Below are positions 37,672 to 50,375 of a stretch of DNA of 64,000 nucleotides, piece by piece (position 1 is the first letter of the stretch; every line of letters begins with the position of its first letter). The position numbers were made by a program, and so were the translations under genes. Source of the stretch: Heterodontus francisci. Lineage: Eukaryota. Where the stretch lies: positions 119,211,593-119,275,592 of the forward strand of contig NC_090378.1 of assembly GCF_036365525.1 (NCBI RefSeq). Direction: 5' to 3'. The notes under the pieces are model-generated. The model saw only the letters and a list, made by a program, of their open reading frames with translations. It did no database searches and was not told where the DNA came from.

Positions 37672-39870
37672 CACACCTACAGACAGTACTGGGTAACACA
37701 CTCAAACTCAGAGATACACACCTACAGACAGTACTGGGTAACACACTCAAACTCAGAGACACACACCTACAGACAGTACTGGGTAACACACTCAAACTCA
37801 GAGACACACACCTACAGACAGTACTGGGTAACACACTCAAACTCAGAGACACACACCTACAGACAGTACTGGGTAACACACTCACACTCAGAGACACACA
37901 CCTACAGACAGGACTTGGTAACACACCCAAACTCAGAGACACACACCTACAGACAGTACTGGGTAACACACTCAAACTCAGAGACACACACCTACAGACA
38001 GTACTGGGTAACACACTCAATCTCAGAGACACACACCTACAGACAGTACTGGGTAACACACTCAATCTCAGAGACACACACCTACGGACAGTACTGGGTA
38101 ACACACTCAAACTCAGAGACACACACCTACAGACAGTACTGGGTAACACACTCAAACTCAGAGACACACACCTACAGACAGTACTGGGTAACACACTCAA
38201 ACTCAGAGACACACACCTACAGACAGTATTGGGTAACACACTCAAAATCAGAGACACCCACCTACAGACAGTACTGGGTAACACACTCAAACTCAGAGAC
38301 ACACACCTACAGACAGTACTGGGTAACACACTCAAACTCAGAGACACACACCTACAGACAGTACTGGGTAACATACTCAAACTCAGAGACACACACCTAC
38401 AGACAGTACTGGGTAACACACTCAAACTCAGAGACACACACCTACAGACAGTACTGGGTAACACACTCAAACTCAGAGATACACACCTACAGACAGTACT
38501 GGGTAACACACTCAAACTCAGAGACACACACCTACAGACAGTACTGGGTAACACACTCAAACTCAGAGACACACACCTACAGACAGTACTGGGTAACACA
38601 CTCAAACTCAGAGATACACACCTACAGACAGTACTGGGTAACACACTCAAACTCAGAGACACACACCTACAGACAGTACTGGGTAACATACTCAAACTCA
38701 GAGACACACACCTACAGACAGTACTGGGTAACACACTCAAACTCAGAGATACACACCTACAGACAGTACTGGGTAACACACTCAAACTCAGAGATACACA
38801 CCTACAGACAGTACTGGGTAACACACTCAAACTCAGAGACACACACCGACAGACAGTTCTGGGTAACACACTCAAACTCAGAGACACACACCTACAGACA
38901 GTACTGGGTAACACACTCAAACTCAGAGACACACACCTACAGACAGTACTGGGTAACACACTCAAACTCAGAGATACACACCTACAGACAGTACTGGGTA
39001 ACACACTCAAACTCAGAGACACACACCTACAGACAGTACTGGGTAACACACTCAAACTCAGAGACACACACCTACAGACAGTACTGGGTAACAGACTCAA
39101 ACTCAGAGACACACACCTACAGACAGTACTGGGTAACACACTCAAACTCAGAGACACACACCTACAGACAGTGCTGGGTAACACACTCACACTCAGAGAC
39201 ACACACCTACAGACAGTACTGGGTAACACACTCAAACTCAGAGACACACACCTACAGACAGTACTGGGTAACACACTCACACTCAGAGACACACACCTAC
39301 AGACAGTACTGGGTAACACACTCACACTCAGAGACACACACCTGCAGACAGTACTGGGTAACACACTCACACTCAGAGACACACACCTACAGACAGTACA
39401 GGGTAACACACTCACACTCAGAGACACACACCTACAGACAGTACTGGGTAACACACTCAAACTCAGAGACACACACCTACAGACAGTACTGGGTAACACA
39501 CCCACACTCAGAGATACACACCTCCAGACAGAACTGGGTAGCACACCCACACTCAGAGATACACACCTACCGACAGAACTGGGTAACTCACCCACAATCA
39601 GAGATACACACCTGCAGACAGTACTGGGTAACACACTCAAACTCAGAGACACACACCTGCAGACAGTACTGTTTAACACACCCACACTCAGAGACACACA
39701 CCTGCAGACAGTACTGGGTAAGACACATACTCAGAGACACGCACCTACAGACAGTACTGGGTAACACACCCACACTCAGAGACACACACCTGCAGACAGT
39801 ACTGGGTAAGACACACACTCAGAGACACACACCTACAGACAGTACTGGGTAACAGACCCATACTCAGAGG
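37672..39870. repeat. 45-bp minisatellite, subarray A (CCTACAGACAGTACTGGGTAACACACTCAAACTCAGAGACACACA)n, ~48 copies
   Basis: Direct tandem repetition; 15-aa period in ORFs. Confidence 0.97.
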
Positions 39871-39939
39871 AACCCACCAAATGACTGCACTGTGTAATAC
39901 ACACATCCTTAGACATACACACCTACTGAGAGTACTGGA

Positions 39940-40368
39940 TAGCTATAAAGAGAGACTGGATAGGCTAGGGTTGTTTTCCTTCGAGCAGAGAAGGCTGATG
40001 GATGACCTGATTGAGGTATATAAAATTATGAGGTGCATTGATAGGATAGATAGGAAGAAACCTTTTGCCTTAGTGGAGGGGTCAATAACCAGTGTGCATA
40101 GATTGAAGCTAAGAGGCAGGAGGCTTAGAGGAAAAGAATTTTCACCCAGAGGGTGGTGCGAATCTGGAACGCACTGCCTGAAGACTTGGTAGAGGCAGGA
40201 ACCCTCACAACATTTAAGATGTATTTAGATGAGCACTTGAAATGCCATAGCATACAAGGCTACGGGCCAAGTGCCAGAAAATGTGATTAGAATAAATCGG
40301 TGCTTGATGGTTGGCAAAGACACGATGGGCTGAAGGGCCTGGTTCTGTGCTGTATAACTCTATGATTC
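39940..40368 (+). mobile_element. CR1 3' fragment inside the 45-bp array
   Basis: SYKERLDRLGLFSFEQRRL; 3' UTR ends CTCTATGATTCTA. Confidence 0.9.
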
Positions 40369-40369
40369 T

Positions 40370-41650
40370 ATAACACACCCACACTCAGAATCACACACCT
40401 ACAGACAGTACTGGGTAACCCACACACACTCAGAGACACAAACCTACAGACAGGACAGGGTAACCCACACACACTCAGACACACACACCTACAGACAGTA
40501 CTGGGTAACCCACACACACTCAGAGACACACACCTACAGACAGGACAGGGTAACCCACACACACTCAGACACACACACCTACAGACAGTACTGGGTAACC
40601 CACACACACTCAGAGACACACACCTACAGACAGGACAGGGTAACCCACACACACTTAGACACACACACCTACAGACAGGACAGGGTAACCCACACACACT
40701 CAGACACGCACACTTACAGACAGTATAGGGTAACCCACACACACTCAGACACACACACCTACAGACAGTACTGGGTTACCCACACACACTCAGACACACA
40801 CATCTACAGACAGTACAGGGTAACCCACACACACTCAGATACACACACCTACAGACAGTACAGGGTAACCCACACACACTCAGACACACATACCTACAGA
40901 CAGTACTGGGTAACCCACACACACTCAGACACACACACTGACATACAGTCCTGGGTAACCCACACACACTCAGACACACACACCTCCAGACAATACAGGG
41001 TAACCCACACACACTCAGACACACACACCTACAGACAGTACAGGGTAACCCACACACACTCAGACACACACACCTACAGACAGTACAGGGTAACCCACAC
41101 ACACACAGACACACACACCTACAGACAGTACTGTGTAACCCACACACACTCAGACACACACACCGACATACAGTACTGGGTAACCCACACACACTCAGAC
41201 ACACACACCTCCAGACAATACAGGGTAACCCACACACACTCAGACACACACACCTACAGACAGTACAGGGTAACCCACACACACTCAGACACACACACCT
41301 ACAGACAGTACAGGGTAACCCACACACACACCTACAGACAGTACTGTGTAACCCACACACACTCAGACACACACACCGACAGACAGTACAGGGTAACCCA
41401 CACACACACAGACACACACACCTACAGACAGTACTGTGTAACGCACACACACTCAGACACACACAGCAACATACAGTACTGGGTAACCCACACATACTCA
41501 GACACACACACCTACAGACAGTACAGGGTAACCCACACACACTCAGACACACACACCTACAGACAGTACAGGGTAACCCACACACACGCAGACACACACA
41601 CCTACAGACAGTATTGGGTAACCCACACACACTCCGAAACACACACCTAC
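40370..41650. repeat. 45-bp minisatellite, subarray B (CCTACAGACAGTACAGGGTAACCCACACACACTCAGACACACACA)n, ~28 copies
   Basis: Direct tandem repetition; variant consensus of subarray A. Confidence 0.96.
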
Positions 41651-42170
41651 AGGATGTAAATGTGTTGGAATCAGTTCAGAGAAGGTTTATTAGACTAATA
41701 CTTGGAATGTGCAGGTTTTCCTCTGAGGAAAGGTTGGACAGGTTAGGTTTATATCCACTGGAGTTTAGAAGAGTAAGAGGTGACTTGATGGAGACATATA
41801 AGATTCCTGAGGGGTTTTGACAGGGTGGATGTGGAAAGGTTGTTTCTTCTTGTTGAAGAAACTAGAACTTGGGGTCACTATTTAAAAATAAGGTGTCACC
41901 CATTTAATACAGAGTTGAGAATTCTTTTATTTCCAAGGGTCGTGACTCTTTGGAACTCTCTTTCTCAAAAGGCGATGGAAGCAGAGTCTATAAATATTTT
42001 TAAGGCAGAGGTGGATAGATTCTTGATAAGCAAGGGGGTGAAAGGTTATCATGGGTAGGAGGGAATGTGGTGTTGAGATTACAATCAGATCAGCCATGAT
42101 CTTATTGAATGGTGGAGCAGGTTCGAGGGGCCGAGTGGCCTACTCCTGCTCCTAATTCATATGTTTGTAT
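41651..42170 (+). mobile_element. CR1 3' fragment
   Basis: LESVQRRFIRLI...RLDRLGLYPLEFRRVRGDL. Confidence 0.9.
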
Positions 42171-42420
42171 TTATGTTTGTAATCAAATCTTATGCTAATG
42201 TGCTATTGATTGAGAGTTCAACCAGCCAATCATTAGAATCACTTGCTGAAATACAGCCAATCAACTGACAGGAATGTGGGACATTTCCAAAGTACTCCCG
42301 AGACATTTACTGAATATTCTTAATGTTTATTACCTTTTACAGATTTACACTTACAGTAAAAAGACTTGAATAAACAGCTCAGTGAGAGGAAGCTGGAGAA
42401 ATTCACAGGGAGAATGAAGG

Positions 42421-42426
42421 TTTATT
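42421..42426 (-). terminator. Probable polyadenylation signal (AATAAA) of the kappa C exon; an alternative lies at 42326-42331
   Basis: TTTATT on +, about 430 bp past the stop codon. Confidence 0.7.
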
Positions 42427-42620
42427 AAAACAGTTGTGGAGATTTTCTCAATAACATGAGAATCCTGTCGCTTTAAACAGAGACTAAACTTTAAATTGTA
42501 ACTGCAGGGTGAGCAGGAAGGAGGTCTGGTTTACTGAGCGGTGACTTCTGAGGTTCATATTATTTTAGCTCAGCTGACAGTCTTCAGCATCTTAGAGAGG
42601 TTTTACTTGGCATCACGAGT

Positions 42621-42700
42621 CTACATTGTCCAATCAAACACTCCCAGGGCAGGTACAGTACGGGTTAGATACAGAGTAAAGCCCCCTCTACACTGTCCCA
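42621..42700. repeat. Single ~67-bp unit of a common chondrichthyan repeat within the kappa 3' UTR
   Basis: Flanked by the direct repeat CTACA(T/C)TGTCC at 67-bp spacing; the family is recognised from recollection. Confidence 0.45.
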
Positions 42701-42855
42701 ATTTAGTGCCTTAACCCCTGATCCTCAGAGGTGTCTCAGACCCAGTCACGAGAAGGAAGAGAGTTGAAATTCCGTGCTGACAATGACCTTTATCCTCCCA
42801 GCTCACCCCTGTTATATTTAAAGTTGTGTCTCCTCTGCGGACTGTCTCTAACATT

Positions 42856-43184
42856 CTACACACATTCTGATCTGCTCACACTCTTACTGAGGGGAGAGGA
42901 CAGGGTCTCGTGGGTGAGGGCACAGGAGAAGCGGGCGTTGGACTCCCAGTCAGAGCCAGAGAGGGTCAGCAGGCTGCTGACACTGTAGGTGCTGTCCGAA
43001 GCTCGCAGGTAATTGCTGGTCTGAACTCCGGCCGAAATGGCTGCACCGTCCTTCTTCCACTCCACCCCCACTTCATCGGGATAGAAGTGATCGGCAAGGC
43101 ACACCAGGGTGGCAGTGCCCTTGGCCTTGACCTCCTCCGGCGAGGGGGGCATCAGGGTCAGTGTGGGTTGAGACTTCTCTCGGC
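42856..43184 (-). CDS. IGKC: Immunoglobulin kappa-type (shark type III/NS4-like) light-chain constant exon, intact
   Basis: Polypyrimidine TTTCAG acceptor, phase 1. Reads (S)REKSQPTLTLMPPSPEEVKAKGTATLVCLADHFYPDEVGVEWKKDG...STYSVSSLLTL..DW...FSCALTHETLSSPLSKSVSRSECV*. Has both C1 cysteines, the conserved Trp and the penultimate inter-chain Cys. Confidence 0.97.
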
Positions 43185-43214
43185 CTGAAAGAGAAGAGAA
43201 AAACTGTTAATCAC

Positions 43215-43450
43215 TGCATGTTTGTGTATTTCTGTGTTCTATTTGTATATTTTTTGCTCTCTGTATATATTTGTGTGTTTTATGTATATATTTGTGTCTT
43301 TTGTCGGTATATTTGTGTGTCCTCTGTATATATTTGTGTGTTTCATGTATTTATTTGTGTGTTCTGTCTGTACATTTGTGTATTCTCTGTGTATATTTGT
43401 GTGTTCTATGTGTATATTTATGTGTATGTTTCTGTGGGTGTTTCTGTGTT
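43215..43450. repeat. Degenerate ~20-bp TG/TA-rich low-complexity repeat just upstream of the C acceptor
   Basis: TGTATATTTGTGTG-like units. Confidence 0.85.
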
Positions 43451-43644
43451 TGGAATTGTCACATCAGATAACAGACAGCTGAGTTAATGAACTGCAGCTG
43501 GTGTTGAATCGTTAGAAATGAGCACCATCACTTCTTAATTTGCCTCGCTTGCTAGGTTTAGTCTAAAATACAAAGACAGTGGATGGTTTGATGTTCAACT
43601 GGTTAAATTGTGTTTGACTGCTCTTGGAAGTATGATATGGTAGT

Positions 43645-44492
43645 TTTTTTTATTCATTCATGGGATGTGGGCGTCGCTGGCCAGGCCAGCATTTATTGCC
43701 CATCACTAATAGCCCTTGAGAAGGTGGTGGTGAGCTGCCTTCTTGAACTGCTGCAGTCCATGTGGGGTAGGTACACCCACAGTGCTGTTAGGCAGGGAGT
43801 TCCAGGATTTTGACCCAGTGACAGTGAAGGAACGGCGATATAGTTCCAAGTCAGGATGGTGTGTGGCTTGGAGGAGAACTTGCAGGTGGTGGTGTTCCCA
43901 TGCAACTGCTGGCCTTTCCTCCTAGGTGGCCAGCCTTTGACCTGCTCTTGTAGCCACAGTATTTACAGGGCTACTGCAGTTCAGGTTCTGGTCAATGGTA
44001 ACCCTCAGGATGTTGATAGTGGGGGATTCAGCGATCGTAATGCCATTGAATGTCAAGGGGAGATGGTTAGATTCTTTCTTATTTGAGATAGTCATTGCCT
44101 TTCACTTGTGTGACGCGAATGTTACTTGTTACTTATCAGCCCAAGCGTGGACAGTGTCCAGGTTTTGCTGCATTTCTAGATAGTCTGTTTCCGTTTCTGT
44201 GGATTCGCGAATGGTGCTGAAGGATGTGCAATCATCAGCGAACATCCCCTCTTCTGACCTTATGGTGGAGGGAAGGTCATTGATGAAGCAGCTGAAGATG
44301 GTTGGGCCTAGGACACTATGCTGAGGAACTCCTGCAGTGACGTCCTGGAGCTGAGATGATTGACCTCCAACAACCACAGCTATCTTCCTTTGTGCTAGGT
44401 ATGACTCCAAACAGTCGAGAGATTTCCCCCTGATTCACACTGACTCTAGTTTTGCTCGGGCTCCTTGATTCCAGACTCAAATGCTGCCTTGA
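43645..44492 (-). mobile_element. Second-family CR1/L2-group LINE fragment with an internal deletion, in the J-C intron
   Basis: AGVPQHSVLGPTIFSCFINDLPS..MFADDC. Confidence 0.88.
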
Positions 44493-44494
44493 TG

Positions 44495-47400
44495 ACAGTT
44501 ATTACTGAAATGAGTCTGAAAGAAGGGCAGGAATGGCAGCTCAATATTCCTGATACTGAGTTTCCCAACGGGATAGAGAGGGAGAGAAAAAAGGAGAAGG
44601 GTTTCACAATATTAGTCAAAAGAAAAAATCGCAGCTGTGAGGAGGGATGATATTCAAGCAGGATCATCGAATGAGGACATCTGAATGAACGTAGGAACAA
44701 AAAAGGGGCAATCACATTGCTGCACTATATACAGACCAGGGGTCGGTAACCTTTATTACCTGAAGAGACTGTTTTCAAAAATATTACCTAAAATAAAAAC
44801 TACTGGCAGTGTCAAGACCAAAATTCAGCATTTCTAAACCAAATACCTTCTAAATTGCCAAGTGTCTCTGGTAGAATGCACACTTTGTATATATAATAAA
44901 TAAAATACATGTATTGAATTTATGTATCAATAGAAAAAAAGTCAAAATCAGAATAGGTTTCACTCTGAATTATTGCATTTTTTTGACTTGTTTTTGTATA
45001 ATTTTGTCAGTAAAGTCAAAATTTAAAAAAAAAATTTAAATTCAGATGTGCAGAATTAAGACAATTTTTTCAGCTATTGATTCTCGTAATAAAAAAGAAG
45101 TTTCTAATAGCAGAATAATTTATCATCTCAGTGATATTAGAAACAATAATGGTCACAAACATAAAAGCTGTTCCTCCAATGGAAGCTGTACCACTCAAAC
45201 AAGTTCATTTAGACAATGATGATGCTTTTCATTTAAATAATCATTTGAAACTATAAAGTACAACATAATGATTAGCCTTTTATCCCCACAATAAAAACAC
45301 AGTTTACTTTCCTTGACTGAATTTTTTCGGCCTTTTTCATGTTAATGTGATCCAACTGGAAAAGGTTGGCAGCTGTAAATGAGCTGTTAAAGAGTCACAT
45401 GTGGCTCCGGAGCCGCAGGTTCCAGACTCCTGCTATAGACCCTCAAACAGTCAGAGGGAGAGAGAAGAGCAAATGTGTCGGCAAATTACTGAAAAGTGCA
45501 GAAACAACAGGCCAGTAATAGGAGGGGATTTCAACTTTCCAAATATTAACTGGGATAAATTCAGTATAAAAGGTGCAGAGGGTGCAGAATTCCTAAAATA
45601 CATTCGGGAGAACTTTTCTCATCAGTAGAAAGACCAACAAGAGAAGATACAGTTCTGGACTTAGTTTTCAGGAATGAATCTGGGCAGGTGGAAGGGGATC
45701 AATGTGAGAGTGTTTTAGTGGCAGTGATTATAATTCAGTTAGATTTAGAGCAGTTATAGAAAAGGATAAAGATGGACCAAGAGTAAAAGTTTTAAACTGG
45801 GGAAAGGCCAATTTTACTAAGCTGAGATGTGATTTGTCAGAATTAGACTGGAAACAGCTACTTGAAGGTAAATCAGTGTCAGAGCAGTGGGAGGCATTCA
45901 AGGAGGAGATAGTGAGGGCTCAGAACAAACATGTTCCCACAAAGAAAAAGGGTGAGACTCCCAAATCTCCATTTACCACAGATGGTAAAGAGCATACACA
46001 GTAGGATAAGGTACAAAAGGGAAACTTATATCGGATACTGAGATCTTGATACTGCAGAAAACCTGGAGAAGTGTAGAGAGTTCAGGGGTGAAATTGAAAA
46101 GGAAATTAGGGAAACAAAGAGAGGACATGAAAAAATATTAGCTAGTAAAATCAAGGAAAACCCAAAGATGTTTAATAAATACATAAAGAGCCGGAGAGTC
46201 ACTAAGAAAAGAGCGGGGTAAATTGGAGTCCAAAAACCTAACCTGTGTGTGGAGGCGGAGGATGTGGACATGTTTCTGAATGAATACTTTGTGCCTTTTT
46301 TCACAGAGAGTGACAAAGCAGACATTGTAGTGAAGGAGGAGGAGTGTGAAATCTTGGATGGGATAAACTTAGTGAGGGAGGAAATATTAAGGTGTTTCAC
46401 ATCCTTGAAAATGGATAAATCACCAGGCCCAGGTGAAATGTATCCCAGGCTGCAAAGGAAGCAATGGGAGAAATAGCGGAGGCTCTGATCCTCATTTTCC
46501 AATTCTCTCTGGTTAAAGGCATGGTGCCTGAGGACTGGAGGACTGCTAATGTTGTACTGTTGTTTAAAAAGGAAAGAATGGATGGACCAAGTAATTACAG
46601 ATCAGTCAGCATAACCTCGGCAGTGGGAAAATTATTGGAAAAAGTTCTGAGAGACAGTAAAAACCATCATTTAGAGAAACACGGGATTAATTCAGGACAG
46701 TCAGCATGGATTTGTTAAGGGAAGTTTGTGTCTGACTAACGATTACATTTCATGAGGAGGTTACAAGGAGTGTCAAAGTGGGCGTCATGTTTGAAAGAGT
46801 CTACATGGATTTTAGCAAGGCCTTTGATAAGATCCCACATGGCAGACTGGTCAGAAAATTAAAAGCCCATGGGATCCAAGGAAAAGTGGGAAATTGGATC
46901 AAAAATTGAGTCAGTGACAGGAAGCAAAGTTTTATTGTCGGTGGGTGTTTTTGTGAGTGGAAAGCTGTTTTCAGTGGGGTTCTGCAGGGCTCAGTACTGG
47001 GTCCACTGCTGATTATAGTGTCTTTCAATGATTTAGATTTAAATGGAAGGGGTATTAAGAAGTTTGTAGATGATACAAAAATAGGCCTTGCGGTTGATAA
47101 TGAGGAACAAGGCTGCAGACTGCAGGAAGATATCAATGGACTGGTCAGGTGGGCAGAAAAATAGCAAATGGAATTCAGTCCAGAGAAATGTGAGGTAATG
47201 CATTTGGGGAGGACAAACGAGGCAAAGGAATATCCAATAAATGGGATGATACTGAGAAGTGTAGAGGAACTGAGGGACCTTGGAGTTCATGTCCACAGAT
47301 CCCTGAAGGTAGCAGGACAGCTAGATAAGGTGGTTAAGAAGGCTTACGGGATGCTTGCCCTTATTCGCTGAGGCCTGGAGTATAAGGTTAAGGAGGTTAT

Positions 47401-47990
47401 GCCAGAACTGTAGAAAACACTAGTTAGACCACAGCTAGAAAACTGTGTACAGTTCTGGTTACCACATTACAGGAAGGATGTGATCAAACAAGAGGGGGTA
47501 CAGAGGAGATTTACGAGGATGTTACCAGGAATGGAGAATTTTACCTATGAGGAAAGATAGGATCGGCTGGGATTGTTATCTCTGGAACAGAGGAGACTGA
47601 GGGGAGATTTAATTGAGGTGTATAAAATTATGAGGGGCCTAGATAGAGTGGATAGGAAGGACCTACTTCCCGCAGCAGAGAGGTCAATAACCCAGCGGCA
47701 TAGATTTAAATTAATTGGTGGAAGGATGAGAGGTGAATTGAGGAGTAATTTTTTCACCCAGAGGGTGTTGGGGGTCTGGAATTCACTGCCTGAAAGGGTG
47801 GGAGAGGCAGAAACTCTCATCACATTGAAAAAACACTTGGATATGCACTTGAGGTGCCGAAACCTACAGGGATATGGGAATAAGAGCTGGAAAGTGGAAT
47901 TAGGTTTGTTAACTCATTTTCAGCTGGCATGGAAACCATGGGCCGAATGGCCTCATCTGCATTGTAAATCTTTCTATGTTTCTCTGTTTA
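44495..47990 (+). mobile_element. Long degraded CR1 ORF2 (endonuclease plus RT plus 3' UTR), antisense within the J-C intron
   Basis: GGDFNFPNINW, KSPGPGEMYPR, NYRSVS, FTQRVLGVWNSLPE. Confidence 0.93.
44737..45432. mobile_element. hAT-Charlie-type non-autonomous element nested in the CR1
   Basis: Termini CAGGGGTCGGTAACC...GGTTCCAGACTCCTG; degenerate 8-bp TSD ATACAGAC/CTATAGAC; the CR1 resumes on both sides. Confidence 0.8.
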
Positions 47991-48421
47991 AACGTCTCGA
48001 ATGAAGGTTTGTCACCAATTCAGCACTGAAATGGTTAATAGTAAGAGTGTTTAAAGACTCAGTGTCCCTTTAAGACACTGTTAACCTGACAGGAAGCTTG
48101 AACTGTAGATCAGTCTATCTGGAGGAAACAGGCTCAGTGTTAACAAATCTCAGATCACACACACATCCGGAGAACTTTCTCCGAGAACACTGGAGCAGAC
48201 TTGTATCAACACATGTCAGAAAGGATTCATGTTGGGTGTCGGTGTGGAAGGTTTTCGATTTCATTTAAAACCTTCTTGTCCAACACTGGGGTGAGGTCAA
48301 GGGTGAGGTTATAATCAGTCTCAGTGTACTGGGGTCAGGCAGGGTCACTGCTCCAAATGATCCCATGACCCCTGGAAGGTGAGAGTGTGCGCGAGGGTCA
48401 GGATCAGGAGCCTCCAAACTC

Positions 48422-48820
48422 AAAGAAAGACTTGCATTTCTATAGTGCCTGTCACCACCTCAGGATGTCCCAAAGTGTTTTATGGCCAATTGTGCACAGC
48501 AAGATCCCAGACAGCTGAGTGATAATGAGCAGATAATCTGATTTTCAGTGCTGTTGGTTGAGTGATAAACATTGTCCAGAACACCGAGGAGAACTCCCCT
48601 GCTCTTCTAATAGCGCAGTGGGATCCTTTACATTCACCTGAGAGGGCAGACGTCAGTTTGTCTCATCTGAAAGACAGCACCTCTGACAATGCAGCACTCC
48701 CTCAATACTGCACTGCAGTGTCAGCCTGGATTATGTGCTCCAGTCTCTGGAGTGGGACCTGAAGCCACGACATTCTGACTCAGAGGTGAGAGTGTTACCC
48801 ACTGAGGCAACACTAACACC
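48422..48820 (-). mobile_element. DeuSINE (SacSINE1-like); a second partial copy lies at ~49220-49423
   Basis: Reverse complement of the Deu core GGAGTGCTGCATTGTCAGAGGTGCTGTCTTTCAGATGAGAC; tRNA-like head; shared 3' tail AAGAAAGACTTG(C/T)ATTT. Confidence 0.75.
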
Positions 48821-49423
48821 TCACAGTCGAATAGCCTGCCATTCTCAACCTCCCGGCTCACACTTGGAGGAATGAGGCCACTTGGGGAGGGTGGAGCTGT
48901 GCCCCAGCCAGAGATAGTGCCTTCAGGAGAGAGATGGAGAGCAGATTGTGGGAGACCTGTAGTCTAGAGGGGTGACATTTAACCAGTCGATGGCAGGTGC
49001 TGAGCCCTTTCCCCGTAAGTATTATGTAAGTTGATGGGGAAAGTGGGAGGGGCACTAGAGTAACACCTTTGTTGCTGCTGAAACTCTTGCTATCTGCTCG
49101 GACATGTATAATAAACACACAGACAAATCAGACAAACATTAGTCAGTTTTCTGTGGATTTTCTGCTGGGTTCAGCTTTAATCAACAGGGGTATTGTGGGA
49201 GCTCCCGGTTAATAAAAAGAGAAGAAAGACTTGTATTTATATCGAGTATTTCACACCTCAGGACCTCCCAAAGTCATTTACAGACAATGAAGGACTTGTT
49301 TAAAGAGCAGTCACTGTTGGAATGTAGGAAATGTGGCAGACAATTTGTGCACAGCAAGATCCCACAAACAGCAATGAGGTAAATGAACATTTTCAGTGAC
49401 GTCGGTTCAGAGATAAATATCAG

Positions 49424-50375
49424 TGTCATGCAGGCCCCCACCTGCCAAGAATGAGGCACATTAATTTCGCCATATGAACACTGCTTTTTAATCTGTTGCT
49501 GGAGTAAAGAAAGAACTTGTTTTTAAAAAACAGCACCACGCCCTTGACTGGAAAGACATTGGCATAATAACAGACAGTACTTGGAAGGGACAAAAGACCA
49601 TTTCCTGACAAATTCAATCCACAATGGACTTTTGATTACCAGACATTGAGGGTGGAGGAGCTCCCATTCCAGCTTGACTGCTAAGATGGCCGACTACACC
49701 ATCGGACATGGTCAGACCAGTTTAGTCACATGACTAACTGGCTGTTGTAGTTTTTTGAATTTGAACTTGCCACAGAGAATTTGAACTCAGAAAGCTGTTT
49801 GCTCCTGGACTGAAAAGACTTTTCAAGGCTGGCTTGCCACTGTCTCTCTCCCGTCGGCTTTCATCTCTCTCACCAGCTTCAGAAATCATTGAAGACATAT
49901 GAACCGCAAGAGGGAAAAGTCTCCCACAGTGAACAAAGTTTAAGAAGAATACTGGGCCCCAATGAAAAGCAAGATCTACCGACAAGCAAGGACTACAGTG
50001 AGCTCGAAGCACAGTAACAAAAACTCTCTTCAGAGATTGCCTCAAACCTCTGCACTTTATTTTTCTTCTGCTCTTTTCTGTCTCTATTTGCATGTGTGTA
50101 TCGCATATGCATGCTAGCATGGGGCATGGCGTGTATCCGTACGCGTTAACTGAATTAGAGTTTTAGTTTAAGTTTTAATAAATTTCACCTTTCTTCTTTA
50201 AACCTAAGAAAACCTGTTTGTGCTCATTTCTTTGCCTCACAATTGGAAAGCGGTGAACAAGGATTCACCGAGAAGGAGCTCAAAACACAGTGTGTTTCAA
50301 ATTAAATCTTGTTACAGTAAGACCAGGTGAAGGCTGTGAAAGACCCCGAGAGACTTTCATCACCTGGTCAGAACA
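49424..50375 (+). mobile_element. Solo LTR (~950 bp) in the J-C intron
   Basis: TGTCATG...GAACA termini, AATAAA at 50177, approximate TSD ATCAG/ATCGA; it interrupts the SINE copy. Confidence 0.65.
50086..50093. promoter_or_regulatory. Perfect Ig octamer ATTTGCAT (function unproven)
   Basis: Exact motif about 820 bp into the J-C intron, inside the solo LTR. Confidence 0.3.

Noticed and set aside
37586-41642. 700-aa and Cys-rich keratin-associated-like ORFs
   Set aside because: Translations of the 45-bp arrays.
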